From the human T2T-CHM13v2.0 reference genome, Homo sapiens, in NCBI RefSeq assembly GCF_009914755.1, contig NC_060940.1: a stretch of DNA of 64,000 nucleotides. The stretch is one strand, 5' to 3'. Each line of letters starts with the position of its first letter. Position 1 is the first letter of the stretch. Below, piece after piece: positions 39,811-53,978 of this stretch. The notes under the pieces were generated by a model. It worked only from the letters and a program-made list of their open reading frames with translations. It made no database searches and was not told the DNA's origin. The translations under genes and the position numbers were made by a program.

Positions 39811-41655
39811 ACCTAATATTAATACTCACTCTGAAATGTTGTCCTCCCCTTCCTCCCTCCATCTTCCTATTTGAAAATTCCAGGAGACAGAAATGGATTT
39901 TTATTTACTCCAAACGTCCAGTCTGATGGTCTCTCAATTGTGTTCCTCGTTTAAAATAGTGCGGCTCCTGCACTTTGTTTAACTCTGCTTGACAATCAGT
40001 GATTTGTGATTCTGCTCTTTCCTGAGCATGTTTATAAAATGACGACCTTGGGATTGGAGTCTCTGCTGCCCAAATGCAGGGAGCAGACTTTCTATGGAAG
40101 AATTGTGAAAGGTCATTTTACCACTGTTTTTTTCTTTCTTCTTGTCTTTCTTTTTGTTTTTTTGCCTTGGCTTCATATGCTAATGGAATCAACATCCCCA
40201 TTTGCTATTTTAATGTTTCTTAGAAAGCTTTATCTCAGAATTTCCTATGGTTTGTATGTGCATTAGTCTTCTAGGTGAATCAGAGGTTTCCTGCTATAAC
40301 ACCATGAGGTTTCTCAATAGACCCTCTTGGCTCCTTGTTGAGTCTTTTGAATGACTTTATTATAATAAAGTTGACTTGGAGCCAGAGGAGGCAGAGCTCC
40401 AGTGTTGGGCTTTCTGTAGAATTTTATGGGTTTTTCTCAGAAGTTTAATGCCAGTTTAATGGAGTTTTATAACTATTAATACTCTACCACTCCAGCTGCG
40501 CTAAGAAATATGTAACTAAACAATAACTTGAAATAGGTAAATTCATGATTAAGTTGCACTAAAAACTAATGCCTCTTGGCCATAGTTCATAATTTCCAAA
40601 GGCACATCATTTAGAATGATTGGTAACTTTAGCCTTGTAACTCTTTCAAGGAGAAAGGCTGTGAGCTTAAATCACTACATTAAGCTGACAGTGAGGCTCA
40701 TATTTTCTGAGCTAAAGATATATTTTTATGGCCACACAGTGGACTCTGTTTATCACTCATCATAAACCATAGGAAACCATTTTTGTTTTAAATTAGGTGC
40801 TTAGGCTTTTGTCCTGTAATCTGTTTCTTTATTTCCCCTTTTCACTTTTGTTGGTCCATTTTCAACAACTCCCAATCGTCTTCCGTTTCCTGAAAACAGC
40901 TCATATTTTATATCTCAGCTTCTTTAAAGGTATTTCATCCTAGTTGAGGTCACCTTAATTTACACCTCAAATTACAGTTCCAGAGCCAACTTCTTTGCTG
41001 CTGATATTGAGTAGTAATCCTACTAAAGAGTCCAATTTTAAAATGAGGAACAGTCTTATCCTACAATGCCAGGCATAAGAAGCCCATGAATTTTGCATAT
41101 ATCTTTAGTACTTTAATTTATTGAATTACATTTCTCCACTTCTTTGAGCCACTTAGTCAATTACACTTCATTCTGCTGCCTCGTCTGGTTCTAGAAGCTG
41201 TCTGTTCACAAAGACCATAACTAAGTCAGTTTTTCCCAGACGAGGCAACAGCCGCAAATCATCTGAAAGTGAAATGACTGTGGAATTTGAGGTTTAATTG
41301 TTTTTAAGCCATCTTGATTATGTTTATTAAAATAGAAGGTCTTGTCAAGTTAGACCTCTCTCTATTTCTGTCTGTCTTTCTCCTCACCTCCCTCACTGAC
41401 TTTTCAGCTCACTGAGGCCCATCCTTTTATTGCCTGATTTTATACAGTTGGATGAGAAACACATACTGGGCAGTGGCCACAGCCCCATCAACTGAAAGGA
41501 ATATGATGGGATCAGAAGTCCTCTTAATGAAAAACTGTATCTTTAATTCCTGTGGAATTTTAAAACATGTGCAGTGCAATCTATAAATGGCCAAATAAAA
41601 AAAGAGCAAATAAACATAAGATGTTACTGTGATCTGGTATAAAGCCTATATGGCA

Positions 41656-41824
41656 TAGCTGAGTTTCTACCCTGCCCTAACTCCACTTATCTTGAAGAAA
41701 AAGGATGCCTGTGATCAAAATTTTTCTTTGCAAACCAGACTAGCTGAATTTCTACCCTGCTCTGACTCCACTTATCTTGAAGAGAAAGGATGCCTGTGAT
41801 CAAAAGTTTCCTTTGTAACCAGAC
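41656..41824 (+). repeat. Tandem duplication, 85-bp and 84-bp units
   Basis: tagctgagtttctaccctgccctaactccacttatcttgaag...aaccagac (41656-41740) is repeated at 41741-41824 with about 10% divergence. Confidence 0.92.
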
Positions 41825-42021
41825 CAGTTGAAACTGGTTAAAACCAAGATAGCAGACCAAACGATGTCAAAAGACTTTAGGCTTCATTACGATCTCATTT
41901 CCATGCTAAATGACACTTCCAACAGTGCCATGACAGTTGATATGTGCCATGACAGCAACCAGAATAAGCCAGAAAAGGACAAAAAGGAAGGCAGCACTCT
42001 GGTTCCAGGAAGTTCATCACC

Positions 42022-42382
42022 TGTATTAGTCTGTTTTCATGCTGCTGATAAAGACACACCAGAGACTGGGTAATTTATAAAGTAAAAGAGGTTTAATGAA
42101 CTTACAGTTCCATGTGGCTGAGAAGGCTTCACAATCATGGTGGAGGGCGAGGGCGAAAGGCACTTCTTACATGACAGCAGCTAGATGGAGTTAAAGAGCC
42201 AAACAAAAGGGCTTTACCTTTATAAACCCATTACAGACTTAATCACTACCATGAGAACAGCATGGGGAAAACTGCTCCCATGATTCAATTATCTCCCACT
42301 GGGTCCCTCCCACAACACGTGGGAATTATGGGAGCTACAATTCAAGATGAGATTTGGGTGGGGACACAGCCAAACAATATCA
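42022..42382 (-). mobile_element. THE1 (B/C-like) MaLR solo LTR
   Basis: tgtattagtctgttttcatgctgctgataaagacacacc...gggtccctcccacaacacgtgggaattatgggagctacaattcaagatgagatttgggtggggacacagccaaacaatatca. Near-TSD tcacc/ccacc. Confidence 0.93.
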
Positions 42383-42884
42383 CCACCCATTTCTGGAAAA
42401 AGACATAGACATTCTTCCTCTCATGTTTAATGTCCAACACCTTCATCAGAAAACCCTATATTTTAACCCATTCACTCCTCACTAGTCCAGGAGGAGTCAT
42501 GCTCCTGTTTCTCAGTTCCATGGTGATTGAGTAAAGCCTGCACTGCTTGACACTCACTTTCAGTTTTGTATATTGGCTTTCTGACACCAAACAGAGAGAC
42601 CCCATCCTTGGGGAGACCAGCTTTGTGGGTAACAGTTTATCATGTTTACAGTGATTTTTTTTTTCGTAATTTCTAGAACTGTTAAAAGAAAGCTTTAACA
42701 CAATATCTTCTTACACAATTGAATAAGGAAAGTGGGCCTGCTCCTGAGCATTGTAGGAGGTAAAACTCTATGTTTTGCTCCTGATTACTTTGGAGCTTTT
42801 TCTCACTCAGCTCTGTCTGCCTTTCTATTGCCTTTATTTGTTTACATGCCTAACTTTATCTTTCCAGACTTGAACTCTTCAATT

Positions 42885-43250
42885 GTGTAGCTATTACCCA
42901 TATGAGGCCATTGAGCATCCAAACTACAGCTAGTCCAAATTGAGCTGTGAATACCAAATTTCAAAGACTTAGCACAAAACTAGAATGCAAAGTAGCTCAG
43001 TGACTCATATTAATTATGTGTTGAGAGGCTAATATGGTGGGTTATTTTTTCATTCATTGTGTGATATTGGGTTACTTAAACATTTGGGGTATAATAAATA
43101 GGTTAATTTAAATATATTGTTAGAATTGATTTCATCTGTTTCTTTTTATATGGCTACATTATTTATACATAACTTTTTACATTATGTTTATAAATTACAT
43201 ATATGACTTTCATCTAAAGCTTGAATTATATTTCTATTGGAGAGGGCTAT
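42885..43250. mobile_element. MER33/MER3-like hAT-Charlie relic
   Basis: gctagtccaaattgagctgtg...ccaaatttcaaagacttagcacaaaa...aattacatatatgact...tatatttctattggagagggct. Confidence 0.7.
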
Positions 43251-44554
43251 TCTAGACTGTAAGCCCATAGAGCAGAAACAAGTTCTTATTTCTTTTCATA
43301 TAATGGGTGAGAAGTTTAGGAGGCAGTGAATGATTGGCTAAATCAGTAGATATACTGATTAATTGATTTACTATTTATTCTAATTTAAACTCCATTTCCA
43401 AATAGAGTAACATGCTTCATATTCCATACATGCATGATACTGTTTTCTGTGTCCTAGTTCAGAGAGTACCAACTTCCAACCACTGGTATTTCTGGATAGG
43501 TTACAGGTAGGCCAAAAGATTGGTTCTGTCATCCCTAGAGATTGACAGATGGGAAATGAGGCTGACTGGGCCCCCAAGTCCACTTCTTTCCGCTACAAGC
43601 AGCCTCATCCATTTAATCCAGGGTATTGTACAAATACTATCATGTCCTCTGTTTATCATGATATAAAAATGAGAAATAATGTCAAAATCTTGTATGATGG
43701 AGTGGAATTGGAATTTTCTCTATGTTTTGCAGAAACAGCTTAGGAAATTAATTTAGTCATGAAATCCATACTGGAAACTTTCTTTTCTTTTTTTCTTTTC
43801 TCTTTAAACTATTAGAATTGGTGGGTATAAATCTGAGGGGTAATCTCACTTTAGAGTTTCATAGGTTGAGGATTATTTGAAATTGGTGTAAAGCTTCCTT
43901 CCAAAATTCTCTGAATGTTGTAGATATAAATTGTGTTATTTATCTGGAGTATATAATTCCTCCAGTGAAATACATCCTAGACAACATAAATACAAGTTAC
44001 TGGGAATTATGAGCCACTGAAGCATTTAGAACTTTTGGCATAATTTGCATGCCAAACTGATGGGGTATTATTATACTTATTTTGCAGTAGATGCAACTGA
44101 GCTTTGAGTAACATACCAAAATTCACATGACTATTCTGTTACAGATCTGGACTTTGAATTTTGGCTTGTTTGCTCCCCTAAAGCTTTACCATATGTTGAA
44201 AATGTGTTTCTTGGAGAGGGAAATAATCAAGAAAATTAATCACAGTTATAAATTATTGAGATACAAATTTGTCTTGCCTGTATTTCACTCCCATTGCACT
44301 TCCATGCCTCGGGAGCTTTTCTAAGACAGAAGACATTGTTGAATCCAAAGTCTATACCTAAACACTGAAGAGAAAATACTGTATGTATAAAAGGGGAGAG
44401 AGGAAAGAAAACAGAGATTACCAAAATCACAAGGAGAAAGAACCAGCCCTTGACCCATTGCATCTTGGGCTTGCATGGGTTTTCTTGCTTCACTGTTGAC
44501 AAGGAAGCAGCAGAGTGCCAGACCTAAAAACCAAACAATTACAACAACAGTGGT

Positions 44555-44901
<347 letters not shown>

Positions 44902-45038
44902 TAGGCAAGGACAAGAGTAAGGGACTATCTCCAGTGTTGGGAAATACAACTCAGCATGAATAGAAGTGAAGATAAGACAGCTAATAAGACAGCTCTGACA
45001 AAAGGACGTTTTGTATCCCTCAAAAGTTTGCATGCGTT

Positions 45039-45356
45039 CTTTTTTTTGTTTTTTGTTTGTTTGTTTGTTTGTTTTGAGATGGAGTTTCGCTCTTGTTGCC
45101 CAGGCTGGATTGCAGTGGTGCGATCTTGGGTCATGGGAACATCCGCCACCTGGATTCAAGCCATTCTTCTGCCTCAGCGTCCTGAGTAGCTGGGATTACA
45201 GGCATGCACCACCATGCCCAGCTAGTTTTGTATTTTTAGTAGAGATAGGGTTTCTCTGTGTTGGTCAGGCAGGTCTCAAACTCCTGACCTCAGATAATCC
45301 GCCCCCTTTGGCCTCCCAAAGTGCTGCAATTATAGGCGTGAGCCACTGCGCCCGGC
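45039..45356 (-). mobile_element. AluS (Sq/Sp-like)
   Basis: gagtttcgctcttgttgcccagg...gagccactgcgcccggc, with a (TTTG)n tail. Confidence 0.93.
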
Positions 45357-45363
45357 ACCTGTC

Positions 45364-45670
45364 TTTTTTTAAATTTTCTTTTTCTTTTTGAGACAGGTTC
45401 TCACTCTGTCACCCAGGCAGGAGTGCAGTGGTGAGATCTTGGCTCACTGTAGCCTCGACCTCCTGAGCTCAAGCGATCCTCCCAAATCAGCCTCCTGAGT
45501 AGCTAGGACTACAGGTGCATGCCACAATGACTTGCTAATTTTTCTATTTTTTATATAGATGGAGTTTTGCCACATTGCCCAGGCTGTTCTAGAACTCCTG
45601 CGCTCAAGGATCCACCTGCCTCAGCCTCCCAAAATGCTGAGATTACAGGCATGAGCCACCTCATGCAGCC
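45364..45670 (-). mobile_element. AluJ
   Basis: gtagcctcgacctcctgagctcaagcgatcctccc...ctcctgcgctcaaggatccacc. Immediately adjacent to the previous Alu. Confidence 0.92.
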
Positions 45671-45684
45671 CCAGTTGTCTTATT

Positions 45685-46182
45685 TTTAAGTTGACAAATA
45701 ACAATTATATACATTTATAATGTACTACACATTTTGAAATATGCATGTATTGTGGAATGGCTCAATCAAGCTAATAAACGTATGTATTATTTCATGTATT
45801 TATTTTTAGTGAGAATACTTAAGGTTTACTTTCTTAGCAATTTTCCAAGTGTAGAGTGCATTGTTACTAGCTATCATGCAATAGCTCCCTTGGACTTATT
45901 TCTCCTCATTAAAATTTTGTATTTTTTGACCAGCATCTCTTCAATCTCTCCAACCCTTAGCCCCTGGTAACCGCCCTTCTATTCTCTACTTCTATGAGTT
46001 TGAATTTTTAAAAGCCCATGCATAAATGAAGTGAAATCAATCTAAGTACCCATTCATGGATAAATGGATAAAGAAAATGTGGTATATACACACAATGGAA
46101 TATTATTCAAACTGAAAAAAGAAAGAAATGTCATTTGCAACAACATGGATTAACCTGGAGAGCATTCTGTTATGTGAAATAA
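45685..46182 (-). mobile_element. L1MA 3' end with 5' inversion
   Basis: 45685-46030 is reverse L1MA 3'UTR. 46031-46182 is the upstream L1 segment in + orientation (tggataaagaaaatgtggtatatacacacaatggaa...gtgaaataa). Confidence 0.8.
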
Positions 46183-46833
46183 TCCCCTTCTGTACTAACT
46201 TCAAAGCCAATCTAAAAGCAGTCTGAGAGGATGGAATGGGGATCACAGTGGGAGCCAGATGATTCCCACAGCAGTGACTCTTCCACGCAGTAGGTTCCAT
46301 AGCCTGGGTAACTAACTGTTCCCCCCCAGATGACATTCTAGCAGAATTCTGGGAGATGACTGCTTTGTCTCTGAAAGAACAATGATTTCTTCCTTGGAAG
46401 CAAAGACACAGAGAGTGAATGGCCTTTTCTATTCTCAGGAAATGTGGTCCTTTTTAAGTGAACTACATCTCTCTTTGTGCCCTCTGGCCTACTCCAAGTG
46501 CTTTGCACTGTTTATCACCCTTAATCACCATGAGTGACAGAAAACCTGATAATAGACCAGGGATGACACTGCTGGTGGGGTGACCTCTTTTGAAATGTCA
46601 GACCTGAATAAGCTATATTTACATTTCTTTGGGCTCCAGCTTTTAAAAGATTTGTATCTTCCATACCAAAAGGATGAAAGTAAAAGTTATTTTGGTATCC
46701 ATCCAAAATTGCATCTTAGAATTGGAATGTGTCTACATTCTCCTCCCAGCTGAGAACTCCTGTGTGAGGATCCACAGTCAACAGTAATGCAGCTGCTAGA
46801 AGCATTGCACACACTCCATCTTGGAAATATTAA

Positions 46834-47212
<379 letters not shown>

Positions 47213-47619
47213 AAAGACAATTTCTTTATTATGTTGTAATATATACCGCAGGTAGGATTCTAAGTCAGAAAAACTGGGTTGGATCCCTGCTCTGTTGCTT
47301 GGATTGGCTATCTTGGGGAAGCCCCGTATTATCTCCAAGGATATTTCTTGGTGGATATAAAGGAGACAATAATACATTACTTTAGTGAGAATTAAGTGAT
47401 GTAATGGATGAACGGATGTCTGTCACAGCACTTGGCATGTATTAACTACTTCAGAAACCTTAACTTTCTACCATTCCTTTGTTTTCTCCTCACCTTAATT
47501 GGGACCCTCTCACCAGAGGAAAACAAAATTATCCTGGAAAAAACTAGATCACCTCAGCATGTTCAGCCCAAAGTATGATTAAGTAATGTGCTCTGGCTAG
47601 CTACTGTGATTTAATACTT

Positions 47620-47765
47620 AGCTTCTCAAAGCGTGATGCATGGACCAGCAGCATCAGAGCTTATTAGAGATATAGAATCTCAGGTCTCACTCCAGACCGG
47701 CTTCACCAGAATTGGCACTCAAAGAAGACTCCAGTGTTATTTCTATACATATTGAGCACTGTTTA
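47620..47765. mobile_element. MER5A relic
   Basis: gcttctcaaagcgtg...ggaccagcagcatcagagcttattagagatatagaatctcaggtctcactccagacc. Confidence 0.7.
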
Positions 47766-48033
47766 ATGGAAAGAATACCAACTTACCAGTCAGGAGATTG
47801 GTCTTCCGGTTTGTCTTTCAGGCAAATAGTAAAGACTCTAAATTCTGTGGTTTTGTTGCCTATTCTTTAAAGCAGGGATGTTTTCACCTGCTTTCTCTGG
47901 AAAGGTCAGATATGATCTGGAATAACAAAAGTAAACCCTGTCCTTGACTGTGTATTACGTATAATATGCATGGAATGCTATTTGGATATAAATGCATTTA
48001 GGTGAACCTGGAAAAACAAAACCAAACACAGAA

Positions 48034-48035
<2 letters not shown>

Positions 48036-48088
<53 letters not shown>

Positions 48089-48089
48089 C
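48036..48089. repeat. (AC)23 microsatellite
   Basis: Pure run 48036-48081, then an interrupted end. Confidence 0.95.
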
Positions 48090-49549
48090 TCTTCTAATTG
48101 TCAGGAGCTGTCTCATGCCCAAGCAAGAGAAAAAGAAAGAGAAAGCAGAGAAAGCAGCAAACCTCACTCCCTTGGACACTTCCTGTAACATTTATGACTT
48201 TAAAGATGTGTTTCTCCTGTTTTCCTGCCCAAGAGAAAATTACTTGCAATTCTGCGGAGCTGCCCTTTATCCAACACTGCAAGGGCATAGAGGTATAAAA
48301 AGGGTATTGAGTCTCACTGGTACATAAGACCCTGGGTTGAATCTGTAATCAAGGCATGTAATTGGTACTTATTTGCAAACACCACTGCTGTTTGGGAAAG
48401 GGTGTTATTGTAGAGGACACTTTCAAAAACGGGTCCCCAGAGGACAGACTTTTATCATCTTAGAAGTTGAGATGCTATTTTGCTTCTCATCTTTCCTTAT
48501 TCAATTCACTTTCATTCTTCATTCTTTCAGGGGTTTGCATTATATATTTTCCTCTGTGGTCAAAATAGCTGCATTCCTAATTTAAAGATGTTTCATCATT
48601 AAAAATTATATTAAACTGTCGACCATCCTCAGGAAAGACTTAATTTCCACTTTCTGCTGCAGTCAGCATGGTTGAGATTCAGTCCTTCCATAAACTTGGA
48701 ATCTATTTAAAGCTATTTCCATAAACCTGGAGTTATCTGATACCTTTTCATAGTCTTGCTAACCAACTAACTACCTATTTTTAAGGGCCAATAAAATTGA
48801 CCTGATTTCGGCTAAAAGGGAGAAACACACTTTAAATTCTGCAGAACTAAGAAATTATAGAAACAGAGTTTATAGAGAGAAAGCAATAAAATTGCAAAGT
48901 GCAAATATTTGGGAGAGTTAGACTATTGCTGTTGGATTTTGGGAAGAAACTTGGGGGAGAGGGGTGAGCAGACATTCCCCCAGGGCAATCTTCACAGTTG
49001 ATTTTAAGCCAAACCCACTGTGACTCACATCAGCACTTTTTTCTGAGGGAAAATGTTATCTTGCTCTTTGTTAAAGTAGCATGTGCTCAGTAGATGCAGA
49101 TTGGTGTGCTCCTCATATCATGGGGTTTTGACCCAGTTTGCTTCTATTTTGCAAAGAATATTCGGAAAAAACTGAAAGAAAATGGGTAAAAAATTCACAA
49201 TATTACCCCCCAACAATTCTCTCACTTTATCCTGTGAGTGGTTTTTTATCTTTTTATCATTTGAGCTATTCTCTGTATTTGTGAATATTTTGCATATTTG
49301 TATTCATAATACGGGTATAATTGTTATTTCTTCCTTGCCTAAAATACTTTACAAATATTTTCATTCTTTCCATATAATTTGCTATGGCAGCCATAGGGAA
49401 CTAATATACCCATGAAGAGTTTTGCACCTTATCTGAATGCATTAAGCAGCCATTGACACACTTAAATTTAGAGATAGCATTGTCCTGTACAAAAGATGAC
49501 CCTACGTCGAAAGTCAGGGTGGGAAGGTGACAGTACTGGAGGCAGAGGT

Positions 49550-50132
49550 ATTTCATTCATTCATACATTTAATAATTCATTCATTTATCCATTCTCCAAA
49601 TAGTTATCACATGCCAATTCACTATGCACATGGCTATGCAAGATTCTAAGCATAGAGTGGAGAACAGAATAGATTTTGCATTCATGAAACTGAGAATTTA
49701 GGGAAGAGATGACCAAGAAAGGAAGAGCAACTAAATAATCACAAATTGTGTGAATGACAAAAAGGAAAAGAAATGGTGAAGGATGAGAGTGGGATAGAGG
49801 TGGGCAGTAGGTGATTTGATTTAGGTATGGTGTTAGAGCTATCCCTGTGAAGTCCTCCCTAAAGTCCAGGAAAGAATGTACACCATCCCTGGCAAAGGGA
49901 ACAGCATATGCAAAGGAGATCTGGAAGCTGGGAAGAGACTGGAAAGAACAGAGTGGCCAGGACATTGCAGGGGAGAAAAGAACCACAGAAAATGAAGTTG
50001 AGGACCAGTAAAGGCCACGTGGTGCTGTAGCTCCCGGGCCGCAATTAACAGTGTAGATTTTGTTTCATATGTAACAAGAAGCCAAGGGAGACTTCTAAAC
50101 AGGAGGAAAACTTAGTGTAATTTCTGTTTTAT
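49550..50132 (-). mobile_element. L2 LINE relic
   Basis: (ttca)n L2 tail, then ggcaaagggaacagcatatgcaaagg...tagattttgtttcatatgtaacaagaagcca...ttctaaacagg. Confidence 0.75.
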
Positions 50133-50145
50133 AAGGATCTCTCTG

Positions 50146-50730
<585 letters not shown>

Positions 50731-50849
50731 CCTTTATTACAAATTGTGTCAGTTATATTTGGTGTCATTGTTATTCTTGGTTTGTATTTTTAAATGTTTA
50801 TCTTAATTTTCCACACATGAGTGTTTAAAATTTGTGCATCATTAAATTC

Positions 50850-52100
50850 ACCTATTTCTTTCTGATTTTCTCTAATCATTTAAAACTTAGCCATTGTCAT
50901 ACTTCATATGATCTAAGTCTATTTTATACTTTTCTGTGTGTGTGGATACTTCATTAATCCATTTATTGTTTGTTTTGGCATATGCTATAAGGTGTGGGTA
51001 TTAATTAATTTTTACTCCTAAATTATGAGAAAGCATTTCCAACTTCATTTGTTAAATGACCATCCTTGTCCTGATCATTATGAAATCCTAATTCATCATA
51101 TATTAAATTCCATATATGTCATCGATATTCTCCTTGGACTTCTATCGTGTTCCTTTGATCTATATTCTGTGTGTATGTTGAAGGGAACAGCATATCTCTA
51201 CTATTTATTATTCTCTGCAAATAATTTCTGCTTGATATTTCATCAAAATAATATTTACTAGACATACTTGATCCTTATAAGAAAACAAGTCTCTTATATT
51301 TTTAGCTATTATTTAAGTGCATCCGTATTTGAAAATAGACTGTATATATTTATTTTGTAACTTTTATATTTAAGATTACAAATGTTAAACTATATGGGGA
51401 TCCATCTGGTTTTCTTCCATGAAATTGTCAGTACTCAGCATAGAATAGTATACCTATTAGTGGCTCAAAAATATTTTATGAATAAGTAAGTAAATGAATA
51501 CAGTTTAATCAACTACATTGACAATAACATTTCAAAATTAACCTGAGAAAGCCATCTTTATATTGTTCGGTTTGCTCATGCAGAAACAAAGATTGTTTCC
51601 CTTTTATGCAAGCCCTCTTTTATACACTTTATTTGCCAATATAGGTCACAAATACTTTGTTATTTTTAGTATACAATTATTTTTTTCTACATGATTGAAA
51701 ATGAAAATTGACCTTTTGTTTTTATCATCTAACATATTACTGCTCTTTACAAAAAAGCAGTTGATTTTCCTTATTTTGTTGTCAGTCACTATAATAGACA
51801 TTTACTGATTCTAGTGACATTTTAATAAAACCTGATATTCCTTTGATTTTAAGCTACACCATTAATTTAATGACAACTGAAAATATAACCACATTAAATA
51901 GCACATGATAATAAGTCCCATTTCAGTTTCATATTTTTTTAAATGAGTCCTAATATTGATGCTATTCTATAGTTTCTATACCATTGTTTGGACTGTGCCC
52001 AAATAATCTGTAAGGCATAACTTTTTTTTTTAACTGTACATTTTGTCGTACATTATGATATAGACCAAAATTTCAAAAAATTATGATAATGAATACTTTT
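50850..52100 (-). mobile_element. Highly decayed L1ME ORF2 fragments
   Basis: T-rich reverse L1 motifs: ttaatccattt...ttccaacttcatttgttaaatga...tatattaaattccatatatg...gttcctttgatctat. Confidence 0.5.
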
Positions 52101-53649
52101 TCCATTAGGAATGAAAAAAAGTATAATTTTTTACTCAGCAAATATTTACTGAGTTTCCACCACGGAGACACAGTTGACAAGATGTACTGAAGGATGCTGG
52201 ACACTGAGCACACAGAACAGGGACATGTGAAGAGCCAGCACTGAGAACAGAGCTGCCCGTATTGTTACTTCTTTGTGAATTTAACAGAGGGGTAATTCCA
52301 GTGTCAAATTCGGTAAACATTAAGAAGAGTGTTCTTAACTCTGGCTGCATATGAGAATCATACCTGGGCTCCTCTCAGCGATTCAGACTTCTTTATTCTG
52401 AGAATGGCTCACATGCAGGCACATTAGCCAGCTCCCCGGTTGTCTGAAAATGCAATCAGAGCTGAGTTCTTTCTTCATGATGGATATACATAAGAAATAC
52501 CTGCAACCTAGGGATGCTCGGGGCCTTCAGAGGGCTCAAGTGCACATGAAAACCTTAAAGTCATTACAGAATTGCTAGTCCACATCTAGCCTCACAGTTA
52601 AATTTAATAGTTCATTTGTGAAATTAACAGACGAATTTGTCTCGCCTGCTAGATTCTAAGCACCATGCAGGTAAGGATGATGTCTACATTTACTCTGTTA
52701 CTACCCCAGGGGCTACAGTTTCCCAAACATTATTGACTATGTTTTTTGGCTGTTGTTGTTTGATTTTGTTTTTGTTTGTTTGTTGTTTAGTATCTCATGT
52801 AGCAGTAGTTCTAAGGAACACATTTCTGAAAAAGGCTGCCGTAAAATAAGTACTTTCCAGGATTATCCTCCCATGTGTATTTCCCAGGGTTTTCTTACTA
52901 AATGGAGGTGCTCAGCTTCTCAAAGAGGCAAGCAAACAACAAGAAGGGAAACTACACCCGTATTCAGAATTGAGCTTTCTCAAGCAGCTGATTAATATGT
53001 AATTGCCAGTAGACAATTTTCAGTTCTTAAAAGTATTGACTACATTTTCATTTCATGAACAATGAAAAGCATCTGTTATATGTCAGGCACAGCTCTAGAT
53101 ATTATACAAGGTATGTAATATAAATCAATACACATTTACTGAGTGCTGATCACATGTAAGAAGGGGGTGCTAGCAAGCAGTGCGTGGTTGGTCCTGATCT
53201 GGAGCTTGCAAGCCTGTGAGGAGCTCACATTCATATCAAAAAGACAAAATCCAGTACTTGGCATGGTTGACCATTCCCTCTCCATTCAATCTCTTCCCTG
53301 CCTTTCATTATCTTAAATTTCTTACCACTATGATATACTTTTTCGAGATACTACTCTTTAAAATGGTATTCCCAGGCTCTATTTTCTTGCTTTGCTTCAT
53401 TTTCTCTCCTTACACCATCCTGTATTTTCTCTCACTAGATAATTGTATCCATTCCTCCGACTAGCACATGTATGCTAATGATGCTAAAATCCTTTTTTAT
53501 TATATGCTTAAGAAGTCCTTATAGTTCATTAACTCACGTCAAGTATTTACTGAGTTTTCCTGTTGCCTACCAATAGGGCTGAAACATAGCAGATTCTTAA
53601 TGTTTTGTAAGAAGTTAGTTTATTAAATTATTAAATGCTCACTTCCTGA

Positions 53650-53978
53650 ATTATTATTATTATTTTTATTATTATTATTTTAGACAGAGTCTTGCTCTGT
53701 CACCCCCAGGCTGGAGTGCAATGCTGTGATCTTGGCTCACTGCAACCTCCACCTCCCGGGTTGAAGGGATTCTCCTGCCTTAGTCTCCTGAGTAGCTGGT
53801 ATTATACAAGTGCCCCACCTTGCCTGGAAATTTTTTTGTGTGTGTATTTTTAGTAGAGATGAGGTTTCACCATCTCTATGGTTTCACCATTTGGCCAGGC
53901 TGGTCTCAAACTCCTGACCTCCTCACCTCGGCCTCCCGAAGTGCTGGGATTACAGGCATGAGCCACCTTTGCCTGGCC
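53650..53978 (-). mobile_element. AluS with local rearrangements
   Basis: (TTA)n tail, both monomers, TSD ctgaattatt/ctgaaatatt. Confidence 0.93.

Larger units (their letters stand above)
41628..42634 (+). mobile_element. ERV1 (MER4-group-like) solo LTR interrupted by THE1
   Basis: catttccatgctaaatgacacttccaacagtgccatgacagttg...gccatgac resembles the MER41/MER57 group. TATA-like ccctatattttaa, polyA-like agtaaa and terminal gggtaaca. Family and left boundary uncertain. Confidence 0.65.

Noticed and set aside
41656-41824. Tandem repeat as a CRISPR-like array
   Set aside because: Only two adjacent units, no spacers, inside a primate LTR, and no cas genes.
47955-48327. His-Thr and Val-Cys repeat ORFs
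   Set aside because: Translation of the (AC)n microsatellite.
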